A DNA stretch of 37,582 bases from an uncultured Planctomycetia bacterium (GTDB taxonomy: Bacteria; Omnitrophota; Gorgyraeia; Tantalellales; Tantalellaceae): positions 1 through 37,582 of the forward strand of contig CAZUYM010000001.1 in NCBI GenBank assembly GCA_964624805.1, written 5' to 3'. How positions within the stretch are numbered: position 1 is the first letter of the stretch; every line of letters starts with the position of its first letter. A program made the translations under genes and the position numbers. A model generated the notes under the pieces. That model had not been told where the DNA came from and made no database searches. It saw nothing but the letters and a program-made list of their open reading frames with translations. Of this stretch, positions 1 through 8,784 are shown in pieces.

Positions 1-77
1 GGACAGCCGCCATTTACTTATCACCTATATATGATAAAATAGCCCTTTGGCGGATTTGGGGAGAGGACAGTATCTAA

Positions 78-1925
78 ATGATAGTATTACAAAACATAAA
101 AAAAGAATATGCTGATCAGCTTCTTTTTGAAGAGGTCACTTTAAATATCGATCCCGGTGAGCGCATAGGTCTTCTCGGCAGGAACGGGCATGGAAAGTCG
201 ACTTTGTTCAGAATGATCGCGGGGCAAGAGCGCGCGGATGAAGGCCGTATAATAATACCAAAAAGATATAACATAGGATTTCTTCGGCAGGAAATAAGCT
301 TCACTAAAGATGTTATTTTAGAGGAAGTCTGCAGCATGCTGCCAAAAGAGCATGAGACTGAACAGTGGAAAGCCGAGAAGATACTTGCAGGGTTGGGGTT
401 CACTGAAAAGGCAATGCTGGACGATCCGGCTACTCTCTCGGGCGGGTACCAGGTAAGGGTTGAACTGGCGAAGGTGCTGGTCTCCGAACCTGATATGCTG
501 CTGCTCGACGAACCTACGAACTTTCTGGATATAGTATCTATACGGTGGCTGGAAGGGTTCCTAAAAAAATGGAGAGGTGAGCTTATGGTAATAAGCCACG
601 ACAGGAACTTTATCGACAGCGTTACCACGCATATTGTGGGTATACACAGGCACAGGGTAAGAAAAGTATCAGGCGGGACAGAAAAATATTACAACCAGGT
701 GCTGAGGGAAGAAGAGACACATGAGAAGCAAAGGGTCAATGACCAGAAGAAACGAAAACAGATCGAAGAATATGTTAACAGTTTCAGGGCGAAAGCGCGC
801 CGCGCTAAATCCGTGCAGTCAAGCATCAAAAGACTTGACCGGATGGGAAATCTGGACAAGCTTGAGACCGTAGAATCGGTTTCTTTTAAATTCAACAGCG
901 CTCCCTTCAGGCCTCCGGTTGTTATGGAATCCAGGGGGATATCATTCTCTTATGATGGAAAAGAACCTTATCTTATAAAAGATCTTAGCTTTACGGTAGA
1001 GCGCGGAGATAAAATATGTATCGCCGGTCCTAACGGAAAGGGAAAAACGACTTTGGCCAAACTTCTTACAGGCCAAATGTCTCCCTCAAACGGAGAGATC
1101 GTCATTAATCCTCAGGTGGAAACGGCTTATTTTGAGCAGGGTAACATAGCCAAACTGGATGATTCCAGGACGGTAGAGGAAGAAATGGCCCTCGCCGCTC
1201 CCGGAAAGGACAGGGGATACTCGAGGGATATCTGCGGTGCAATGATGTTTTCGGGAGATAACGCTCTTAAAAAGATATCCGTATTGTCCGGAGGGGAAAG
1301 GAGCAGAGTGCTTTTGGGGAAGACGCTATTGTCACCCGCGAACCTTCTGGTGCTTGACGAGCCCACGCACCATCTTGATATGGTCACGTGCAGCAGCCTT
1401 TTTGACGCGGTAAATGATTTCGACGGAGCAGCATTCGTGATCACCCACGATGAATATTTTCTGCATAAAGTCGCCACAAAACTTATACTTTTTCTGGAAG
1501 ACCGTATACTTGTTTATCCAGGAAAATATTCCGAGTTTCTGGAACAGATGGGTTGGGACCGGTTTTCTGCGGATATCAGTGGCAATGAGGAAGAGGACAA
1601 GAATGCGTCCAATAAAAAGGAAGCCAGGAAAGCCCGCGCGGAATGGAGAAATAAAAGAACTAAGACCCTCGTGCCCCTGGAGAAAAAATTAAAGAAGATA
1701 GAGGAAAATATAGAAAGAGTTGAAGCTGATCAAAGAAGATTAACAGAGAAAATGATCGAAGCGACTTCAGCGCATGACAGCGCCAGCATACAGAAGACAT
1801 CAAAAGATCTTCATGCGAATCAGAAAGAGATAAATATGTTCTATGGCGTTCTTGAGAGCGCGATGAATGAATATGAAGACGCAAAGACAGCGTTCAAGGA
1901 CGAGTATGGCGATCATGGCGAATAA
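78..1925 (+). CDS. ABC-F family ATPase (two tandem ABC domains, no membrane domain, charged coiled-coil tail)
   Basis: Two Walker A loops (GRNGHGKST, GPNGKGKTT), two ABC signatures (LSGGYQ, LSGGER), two Walker B motifs (LLLDEPTN, LVLDEPTH). K/E/R-rich inter-domain linker and C-terminal tail, typical of ABC-F translation factors. Confidence 0.9.
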   Translation: MIVLQNIKKEYADQLLFEEVTLNIDPGERIGLLGRNGHGKSTLFRMIAGQERADEGRIIIPKRYNIGFLRQEISFTKDVILEEVCSMLPKEHETEQWKAEKILAGLGFTEKAMLDDPATLSGGYQVRVELAKVLVSEPDMLLLDEPTNFLDIVSIRWLEGFLKKWRGELMVISHDRNFIDSVTTHIVGIHRHRVRKVSGGTEKYYNQVLREEETHEKQRVNDQKKRKQIEEYVNSFRAKARRAKSVQSSIKRLDRMGNLDKLETVESVSFKFNSAPFRPPVVMESRGISFSYDGKEPYLIKDLSFTVERGDKICIAGPNGKGKTTLAKLLTGQMSPSNGEIVINPQVETAYFEQGNIAKLDDSRTVEEEMALAAPGKDRGYSRDICGAMMFSGDNALKKISVLSGGERSRVLLGKTLLSPANLLVLDEPTHHLDMVTCSSLFDAVNDFDGAAFVITHDEYFLHKVATKLILFLEDRILVYPGKYSEFLEQMGWDRFSADISGNEEEDKNASNKKEARKARAEWRNKRTKTLVPLEKKLKKIEENIERVEADQRRLTEKMIEATSAHDSASIQKTSKDLHANQKEINMFYGVLESAMNEYEDAKTAFKDEYGDHGE

Positions 1926-2814
1926 GTTTAAAAGGATCTACATAGAGATAACCAATGTGTGTAATTCAGATTGCGGGTTTTGTCCTAAAACTTCGCGAAA
2001 GCCTGAGTTTATGGGGTTAGATCTCTTTGAAAAGATACTTGATGAAGTAAAGGGGTATTCAGAGTATCTTTATTTTCACGTGATGGGGGAGCCTCTGTTG
2101 CATCCGGAGATAGGCGCTTTTCTGGATCTGTGCGGAGAAAAAGGATTTAGGGTTAACATTACTACCAATGGCAAACTCATCAAAGAAACAAAGGAAAAAC
2201 TGCTAACAAGCCCCGCCATACGCGCTATAAATTTTTCGCTGCATAACTTCGATAAGAGCACACCCAAAAATGTTATAGACGGTTATCTTGATGACATTTT
2301 TGCTTTTTTGTCTGAAGCGGGAGATCCTCCCGGGTTTATTGCCTGTTTAAGGTTGTGGAACATGGAAACTAAAAATGAAGCTGACCATGCTCAGAACACA
2401 GAGAGCCCCGGTATGAATTCATATATGCTGGGAAGGATCGAAAAGTTTTTTGAAGTTCTCCGCGGGATTGAAGAGATCCCGGACGAAGGGAACGGCATTA
2501 AGATAAGGGACAATATCTATATAAGCCAGAGGTCCTTTTTTGACTGGCCCGATAAAACTCTCCCGGAGATAAGTGAGGAAGGGTTCTGTTTGGCCCTCAG
2601 GCAGCAGGTCGCGATCCTTGTGGATGGAACGGTAGTCCCGTGCTGTCTGGACAGCGAGGGGAGTATCGATCTGGGGAACATGAACGGATCCGGGTTTAAA
2701 CAGATCCTCGAAGGTAAAAGAGCCATGGACCTGTACGGTGGGTTTTCGGAAAGAAAAGTAGTTGAGAGTCTGTGCCGGAAATGCGGCTATAGAAAAAGAT
2801 TTGATCAAAAGTAA
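1915..2814 (+). CDS. Radical SAM protein with a Cys-rich C-terminal (SPASM/twitch-like) region, function unknown
   Basis: CNSDCGFC (CxxxCxxC) within 25 aa of the ATG at 1915. C-terminal VPCCLDSEG...CRKCGY. The ORF-track start at 1867 adds a basic non-conserved extension; the ATG at 1915 overlaps the ABC-F stop by 11 nt. Confidence 0.8.
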   Translation: MANKFKRIYIEITNVCNSDCGFCPKTSRKPEFMGLDLFEKILDEVKGYSEYLYFHVMGEPLLHPEIGAFLDLCGEKGFRVNITTNGKLIKETKEKLLTSPAIRAINFSLHNFDKSTPKNVIDGYLDDIFAFLSEAGDPPGFIACLRLWNMETKNEADHAQNTESPGMNSYMLGRIEKFFEVLRGIEEIPDEGNGIKIRDNIYISQRSFFDWPDKTLPEISEEGFCLALRQQVAILVDGTVVPCCLDSEGSIDLGNMNGSGFKQILEGKRAMDLYGGFSERKVVESLCRKCGYRKRFDQK

Positions 2815-2884
2815 CTGCGCATGACGTATACGCCGGTTCCCGACAGAATTTTGAGTACTTTAGGGAAAATCAGGTCTTTAGCTA

Positions 2885-2912
2885 TTGTTTTATTAGCGGG
2901 TAGTACTATAAT
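2885..2912 (+). promoter_or_regulatory. Candidate sigma70-type promoter for the hdeD-like gene
   Basis: TTGTTT (2885-2890), 16-nt spacer, TATAAT (2907-2912). AGGAGG SD lies just before the ATG at 2966. Confidence 0.4.
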
Positions 2913-2965
2913 ATAACTCAATAAAGCTCATAAAAGAAGTTCTGCGAAAAAAGAGGAGGATCGAT

Positions 2966-3493
2966 ATGGCAAACGAGATAAAAAGATCAAAAGGATGGTT
3001 TCTGACGGCGGGTATTCTTCTTATGGTTATCGGCATGGCAGCTATTACCGTTCCGTTCGCGTTCTCTATCGCTATTGAGATCCTGGTGGGCTGGGTGCTC
3101 ATAGTAAGCGGTGTTGTACAGATCGTCCATTCGTTCAAAGCGCTTAATACCGGTAGATGCATAATGAGGCTCGTAGGCGGGTTGGTTTATCTCGTGGTCG
3201 GAGGTATCTTCCTGGCTTATCCCATGCAGGGCGTTCTCACTCTAACACTTATCTTGGCGGCTCTCTTTCTCTTCGAGGGTCTTCTGAAGATAGTCATTTC
3301 GCTCCAGCATCGTCCGGAACAGAACTGGGTCTGGCTCCTTATCAGCGGTCTGGCGGGTATTGTTATCGCTACCATCATATGGGCCGGCTGGCCAAGCACC
3401 TCAGCGTGGGTAATAGGCCTTCTTGTGGGGATAAACCTGATATTCGGCGGGATGTCGCTTATAATGCTGTCATCGTCTTTGCACGAGGAATAG
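2966..3493 (+). CDS. hdeD: HdeD/DUF308-family acid-resistance membrane protein
   Basis: 175 aa with six predicted TM helices in the paired-repeat arrangement of DUF308. Resembles E. coli HdeD in layout and in the C-terminal LVGINLIFGG segment. Strong AGGAGG SD. Confidence 0.7.
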   Translation: MANEIKRSKGWFLTAGILLMVIGMAAITVPFAFSIAIEILVGWVLIVSGVVQIVHSFKALNTGRCIMRLVGGLVYLVVGGIFLAYPMQGVLTLTLILAALFLFEGLLKIVISLQHRPEQNWVWLLISGLAGIVIATIIWAGWPSTSAWVIGLLVGINLIFGGMSLIMLSSSLHEE

Positions 3494-3515
3494 GGAATAG
3501 AGAATAGAGGCGACC

Positions 3516-4940
3516 CTACAACATCATGCTGAGTTCTTCGAGAGACCTGTTCTTGGTCTCTACCCTGAAGATGAGCGTCACCATGAAGGCAAGGACCGAT
3601 AGCATCGCCAGCATGATAAGCGTGAAAGTCATACCCACCGAGGCCTTGACCACCGGCAGCATGAAGATCCCTAAAGCTGCCCCCAGTTTTGCCACCGCCG
3701 CGGCGAACCCGTGACCTGAACCGCGCATATTCGTCGGATAAAGCTCGGCCGGTATTATGAAAGTCGTGGCGTTCGGTCCCATGTTCATAAGAATATTGAA
3801 TATAATGAATCCGGAAAAAACCAGGATAAGGTTTCCGGTATTGCCGGCGTTCGCGACGGTGGAGGCGGCCAGGACCAGAAGCCCCAGTATCATTCCTCCG
3901 AAACCAAAGAGCTGCAGCTTTATGCGGCCCCATTTATCTATAAGCATGATGTTGAGCAGAAACCCCACAACAAGAAAAATATCAAGGAACATCGCTCCTT
4001 CGGTGGCCTTGAAGTCGCTGGCTATTGTGCCGAGGCCTTCCCCTGAAAAGGCCATCGCTGCCAGAATTATGGGCGTAAAGATACCCACGGCATAAGTGAT
4101 GATATCCATAAGAAACCACGGGACGACCGCGAGTGTCGTGCGTTTAATGAATTTTTTATTAAAAAGATCCCTGTAGTTGGACTTTTCAACCTTAAACTCG
4201 TCCGGAAGTTTATGGGCTTCCGCAGCCAGCTTGTGGATCTCGGATCCTCTGGAAGGCACCAGTTTCTTGATAACCTCCGCGGCTTCAGCATGTTTGCCGT
4301 GCAGAAGGTACCACCGGGCGCTTTCGGGAACGGACATCCTTAAGAGGATGACGACGATCGCCGGAAGGGCTCCGAAAGCCAGCATGAAACGCCAGGCTCC
4401 GAAAGAGGGGAATATCTTCAGTATAACCAGTCCCACAGCCGCCCCGGCGGCCATTCCAAGTGCCTGGAAACTGAAAGCTCCTATCAGCATGCGGCCTCGA
4501 GTACGGGCGGGCATGAATGCCGAAATGTAGGAAGCGCATATGGGGTAATCAGCTCCTATGCCTATTCCAAGGAGAAATCGGAACGTTATGAGGGAGACCA
4601 CATTCCACGAAAACGCCGAAAAAAGAGACAAAATAATAAAAACCACCAGATCCAGCATATATAATGCTTTTCGGCCCCACCGGTCGCTCAAAGTCCCGCC
4701 GACCGACGCCCCGACTACCGCGCCCAGGACTGCCGCCGCGCCTATTAAGCCGACTATATAAGGGGAGGTCGGGAAGGTCTTCATTATCAGAGGCAGCGCC
4801 ACCCCTATGATGAAAAGGTCGAAACCGTCCAGGAATATTCCCATCGCGGACAGCCACCATATCTTCCAGTGGACAGGTGTGAGCGGCGCCTCGTCCATCA
4901 GGCGTGTCATCTCTCTGTGAATGGATGCTCGTGTATTCAT
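3516..4940 (-). CDS. MFS transporter (sugar-porter/metabolite:H+ symporter-like), substrate unknown
   Basis: 12-TM layout, motif-A-like GTLSDRWGRK, PESARW after TM6, central cytoplasmic loop. Diverges from the decarboxylase operon. Confidence 0.85.
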   Translation of the reverse strand: MNTRASIHREMTRLMDEAPLTPVHWKIWWLSAMGIFLDGFDLFIIGVALPLIMKTFPTSPYIVGLIGAAAVLGAVVGASVGGTLSDRWGRKALYMLDLVVFIILSLFSAFSWNVVSLITFRFLLGIGIGADYPICASYISAFMPARTRGRMLIGAFSFQALGMAAGAAVGLVILKIFPSFGAWRFMLAFGALPAIVVILLRMSVPESARWYLLHGKHAEAAEVIKKLVPSRGSEIHKLAAEAHKLPDEFKVEKSNYRDLFNKKFIKRTTLAVVPWFLMDIITYAVGIFTPIILAAMAFSGEGLGTIASDFKATEGAMFLDIFLVVGFLLNIMLIDKWGRIKLQLFGFGGMILGLLVLAASTVANAGNTGNLILVFSGFIIFNILMNMGPNATTFIIPAELYPTNMRGSGHGFAAAVAKLGAALGIFMLPVVKASVGMTFTLIMLAMLSVLAFMVTLIFRVETKNRSLEELSMML

Positions 4941-5039
4941 GGTCTACTATAGTATACAGCAAAAAAAAGATATTTATAAGCCCTTCATCAAAAGAGACGA
5001 GAGGATAGCTCGGTTTTTTTTGTGACGATAATATTGCCG

Positions 5040-5067
5040 TTGCAGTATGGGGGCATAGTGTTATAAT
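5040..5067 (+). promoter_or_regulatory. Candidate promoter (extended -10) for the decarboxylase-porin-antiporter operon
   Basis: TTGCAG (5040-5045), 16-nt spacer, TGT-TATAAT (5059-5067). Confidence 0.5.
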
Positions 5068-5115
5068 TACTGTATTATGAGTTTTTACAGTGCATGCCGC
5101 AATAAAGGAGGAGTT

Positions 5116-7422
5116 ATGAAATCCAACAAGATCACCTGGCCGATATTGATAATTTCAGGACAGTTTAACGAGGCAAACGATGAAGGATTCCGTTTGAGAG
5201 AGCTGGAAGAGGAACTTCTTGAGGTTCAGGAATGCAGCGTGATCCCCTCATTCAGCTACGAAGACGGATATGAGATATTCCGCTCCAGAGCCGATTTCGG
5301 ATGTATCGTTATAGACTGGGATATTCCCTCGGAAACGGCGAAAGAGAAAATATCTCCGATGAAGATCATCCGGCTTATCCGGGAAAGGGATAAAAAAGTG
5401 CCGATACTCCTTTTGACGGGACGCATGGCTACGGGGAACATTCCGGCGGAGACCCTTGAAGATATCAATGAATGTCTCTGGAAAACAGCCGACACTGTGG
5501 AATTTCTGGCAGGAAGGATCGAGAGACACATTTCAGAATACGTAGAGGAAGTCTATCCTCCTTTTTTCGGAGAGCTTGTCGAATATGCCAGCGAATTTAA
5601 ATACGCGTGGCACACCCCGGGCCATATGGGTGGTACCGGTTTTCTGCGGTCCCCGGCGGGCGCGGCATTTTTTAAGTTTTTTGGCGAGAACATGTTCCGC
5701 TCCGACCTTTCGATCTCGGTGCCGGAACTCGGCTCTTTGTTGGATCATAGCGGAGTGACAGGCGACGCGGAGAAGAATTCCGCGAAGGCTTTCGGGGCGG
5801 ATTACAGCTATTATGTCCTGAACGGGACATCTAACGCGAATCAGATCATCTGGAGGAGCCAGCTGGTTCGGGATGATATCGCTTTTGTTGACCGCAACTG
5901 CCACAAATCGCTTAATTATTCCATGGTAATAACGGATGCTTTTCCGGTTTACATGATACCCCGGAGGAATAAGCGCGGTATAATCGGACCTGTGCGCCTT
6001 GCCGAGTTCACACCTTCCTTCATCAAGGGGAAGATAAAAGAGAACAAGCTTATTCCCGCCACGCTTAAAAAGAATAAGGTCAAGATGTCGGCTTTGACGA
6101 ATTCTACCTACGACGGCATCTGCTACAACGTTACAAAAATAAAGAAGCAGCTTGAAAAAAGTGTCGAGAACCTTCATTTTGACGAGGCCTGGTACGCGTA
6201 CGCGCATTTTCATCCTGTGTATAAGGGGTTTTATGGCATGACAGATGAAAAAGTGGACAAAAACCATCCTCCCGTATTTTGTTCCCAGTCCACGCATAAG
6301 CTGCTTACCGCGCTTTCTCAGGCGTCGATGATACATGTAAAGAACGGAGGAGCGGTAAAGGTCGAACCCGATGAATTCAACGAATCGTATATGATGCATG
6401 GTTCCACATCGCCTCAATACACGATGATAGCGTCACTGGACGTTGCTACGCGGATGATGCAGGATAACGGCCCGGTAATGATGAATGATATCATCACCGA
6501 AGCTATCCATCTCAGAAAGAATGTTGTCAGGGTAAAGAAGGAGGTTCAGAAGAAAAAGAAAGGGGACTGGTTCTTTGACATGTGGCAGCCGAAAAAGGTC
6601 AAGGTCAAGGGGAAGATGGTGGACTTTGAAGACGTCGACACCGGCTACCTTGCCGCCCATCAGGACGCGTGGGTGTTAAGCAAAAATAATAACTGGCACG
6701 GGTTCGGCGACATAGAGGATGATTTCGTCATGCTTGACCCGATAAAGCTTACCTTTACGACTCCCGGCATCGACGAGAAAGGAACGATGGCCTCCGACGG
6801 TATCCCGGCTTCAATAGTTACAAACTATCTGATAGATAAGGGAATAGTCTGCGAGAAGACCGATTATTATTCGTTCCTGCTTCTCAATTCTCTGGGTACC
6901 ACCGAAGCCAAACAGGGGACTCTTCTTTCGGCAATGCTCGGTTTTAAAAGGCTTTATGACAGAAACGCACCCTTGAGCGAGGTTTTCCCTGAGCTGGTCA
7001 CGGCCTATCCCGAAAGATACGAAAAGGTGGGTCTCAAAGACCACTCCTCGGCCATACACAAGTATTTCAAGAAACACGCGATACTTGATATGATGCAGGA
7101 GGCCTTTGAGGTCATACCGGACCAGGTCATGAAACCCGCGGAAGCGTATCACGAGGTGGTGCGCAAGAACGTGGAGTACGTCGATCTTAAAGACATGATG
7201 GGACGCGTACCCGCTGTAATGATGGTCCCTTATCCTCCCGGGATACCGATAATGATGGGAGGGGAAGCGATGAATAAAAAGGCAAAACCGATCTTCGAAT
7301 ATCTTACGCGCCGTCAGGACTTCGAAAATGAATTTCCCGGATACGAAAGCGATATCCACGGGGTGGAAAGGACGGAGAAGGACGGGAAAAAATATTTCAA
7401 AACGATGTGCATAAAAAAATGA
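5116..7422 (+). CDS. Large PLP-dependent Orn/Lys/Arg decarboxylase (fold-I, biodegradative type; most like arginine decarboxylase AdiA)
   Basis: N-terminal receiver-like wing domain. PLP-lysine motif SQSTHKLL. DRNCHKS, HFDEAWYAYA, PYPPGIP. Long collinear similarity to my recollection of E. coli AdiA (WFF..W, WHGF, MLDPIK, FKRLYD..APL..V.PEL). ATG at 5116 follows AGGAGG; the ORF-track start at 5077 lacks an SD. Confidence 0.9.
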   Translation: MKSNKITWPILIISGQFNEANDEGFRLRELEEELLEVQECSVIPSFSYEDGYEIFRSRADFGCIVIDWDIPSETAKEKISPMKIIRLIRERDKKVPILLLTGRMATGNIPAETLEDINECLWKTADTVEFLAGRIERHISEYVEEVYPPFFGELVEYASEFKYAWHTPGHMGGTGFLRSPAGAAFFKFFGENMFRSDLSISVPELGSLLDHSGVTGDAEKNSAKAFGADYSYYVLNGTSNANQIIWRSQLVRDDIAFVDRNCHKSLNYSMVITDAFPVYMIPRRNKRGIIGPVRLAEFTPSFIKGKIKENKLIPATLKKNKVKMSALTNSTYDGICYNVTKIKKQLEKSVENLHFDEAWYAYAHFHPVYKGFYGMTDEKVDKNHPPVFCSQSTHKLLTALSQASMIHVKNGGAVKVEPDEFNESYMMHGSTSPQYTMIASLDVATRMMQDNGPVMMNDIITEAIHLRKNVVRVKKEVQKKKKGDWFFDMWQPKKVKVKGKMVDFEDVDTGYLAAHQDAWVLSKNNNWHGFGDIEDDFVMLDPIKLTFTTPGIDEKGTMASDGIPASIVTNYLIDKGIVCEKTDYYSFLLLNSLGTTEAKQGTLLSAMLGFKRLYDRNAPLSEVFPELVTAYPERYEKVGLKDHSSAIHKYFKKHAILDMMQEAFEVIPDQVMKPAEAYHEVVRKNVEYVDLKDMMGRVPAVMMVPYPPGIPIMMGGEAMNKKAKPIFEYLTRRQDFENEFPGYESDIHGVERTEKDGKKYFKTMCIKK

Positions 7423-7451
7423 TTTCAAACTGTTGTTAGTTTGTAAAAAAT

Positions 7452-8747
7452 ATGAATTTTTTCCACAAAACACTATCGATGATCCTTGCGATCCTTCTGG
7501 CAGGATGTGTATTCGCTACCTATGGGGAGGCTAACACTTATCGTCGAATAACCAGAACGCATGGGTTGACCCGGGAGAAGGTCGAGCCTGTGAAAGAAGG
7601 GGAACAGGTTAGTAAAGAGCCCGGGCTTACATATGCACCCGAAACCGGGCTCACCGTGGACGCCTGGGACCTGACGTTCGATCCTTCCACCACTTTTGTT
7701 TTTCAGGGCACGCCTGACCCTAATGTGCCAGGCGCCCGAAAGACGGGGGTTTCCTGGGTGCTTTACCTGGATTTTATCAAGAAGTTCGAAGACTGGGGGG
7801 TAGCTTTTTTCGAACTCAAAACCGGTATGGGGCGCGCGCTGGCGAATTCTTTAAGCCTTTTCAACGACGTCAATTATAATTCGGACGACGTCGGAGGGAA
7901 CGCAAAAGCGCATGTTTTCTGGTACAAACAGTTTTTATTCGACAGGCAGCTTTCCATACTCTGCGGCAAGATCCTGTCCCGGGGACTTTTCGCCCAGAGC
8001 GAGTATGCCGGTGACGACGATACGCAATTCCTCGGCTATATCTTCAACGAGTCACCAACGATCGAATGGCCGTGGGATAATGCCTTTACGATAAACTCGG
8101 AATTGTGCCTGGACTCGATGGATTATCTCGAATATTCGTTCAATTACTGGGAAGGCGACGCGGACTGGCAGAAAGTATTTAAAGGCGGGATATACACCAT
8201 GCAGGTCAATGTAAAGCCTTCAAAGTTATTTGACCTGGACAAGTCGCAGTGGGACGGGAACTACAGGTTTTATGCCTGGCTGAACACGCTTTTCCATACA
8301 AAGCTTGTAGATACGGGAAGCACGCCGACGACCGACACGAAGGAATTCAATTACGGTTTCGGGTTGAGCTTTGACCAGATGATAACGGATGTATACGGTG
8401 TATTTGTCCGATGCGGTTTCCAGAGGCCCGACCTTATACCGGCGGCGGGCGGCCCCACGATCGGTTTTTCCTGGGCGGCGGGTGGACAGATGAACGGAAA
8501 GTACTGGGGAAGAGAAAATGATGTTCTCGGTCTCGGGGTAGGGCAGGTGGTGACCAGCAAAGAATACGTGGACGCGGGTAACCCGGGAAAGACCGAAGGT
8601 CATCTTGAAGCATATTACAGTTTCGCCGTGACAGATTATTTGTTTATCAGCCCTGACGCGCAGTTGGTATGGAATCCGGCCGGGGCTCCGGCCGGAGCTA
8701 CGGATCCTGTATTTGTGTACGGTGTCAGAGTGCATGCGGATTTTTGA
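7452..8747 (+). CDS. OprB-family (carbohydrate-selective-porin-like) outer-membrane beta-barrel porin
   Basis: N-terminal signal peptide. Alternating beta-strand pattern. C-terminal EAYYSFAVTDYLFISPDAQLVWNPAG...VYGVRVHADF ends in a terminal Phe, typical of OprB-family barrels. Confidence 0.7.
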   Translation: MNFFHKTLSMILAILLAGCVFATYGEANTYRRITRTHGLTREKVEPVKEGEQVSKEPGLTYAPETGLTVDAWDLTFDPSTTFVFQGTPDPNVPGARKTGVSWVLYLDFIKKFEDWGVAFFELKTGMGRALANSLSLFNDVNYNSDDVGGNAKAHVFWYKQFLFDRQLSILCGKILSRGLFAQSEYAGDDDTQFLGYIFNESPTIEWPWDNAFTINSELCLDSMDYLEYSFNYWEGDADWQKVFKGGIYTMQVNVKPSKLFDLDKSQWDGNYRFYAWLNTLFHTKLVDTGSTPTTDTKEFNYGFGLSFDQMITDVYGVFVRCGFQRPDLIPAAGGPTIGFSWAAGGQMNGKYWGRENDVLGLGVGQVVTSKEYVDAGNPGKTEGHLEAYYSFAVTDYLFISPDAQLVWNPAGAPAGATDPVFVYGVRVHADF

Positions 8748-8784
8748 TAAAGTTATACCAATGGGTTTTAAAAAAAAGGAGAAG

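Noticed and set aside
3217-3933. 238-aa ORF spanning the hdeD/MFS junction
   Set aside because: It overlaps two well-supported genes, out of frame with the MFS gene and antisense to hdeD. The R/G/H-rich composition is typical of an off-frame translation.
5533-7473. Long antisense ORFs (294 aa at 5533-6417 and 220 aa at 6811-7473) inside the decarboxylase gene
   Set aside because: Both are codon-aligned with the sense frame (codon starts are congruent to 1 mod 3, as for the ATG at 5116). Stops can therefore arise only from sense TTA/CTA/TCA codons, which are rare here. The translations are low-complexity and R/F/H-rich with no recognisable motifs. They are shadow ORFs of a strongly supported CDS.
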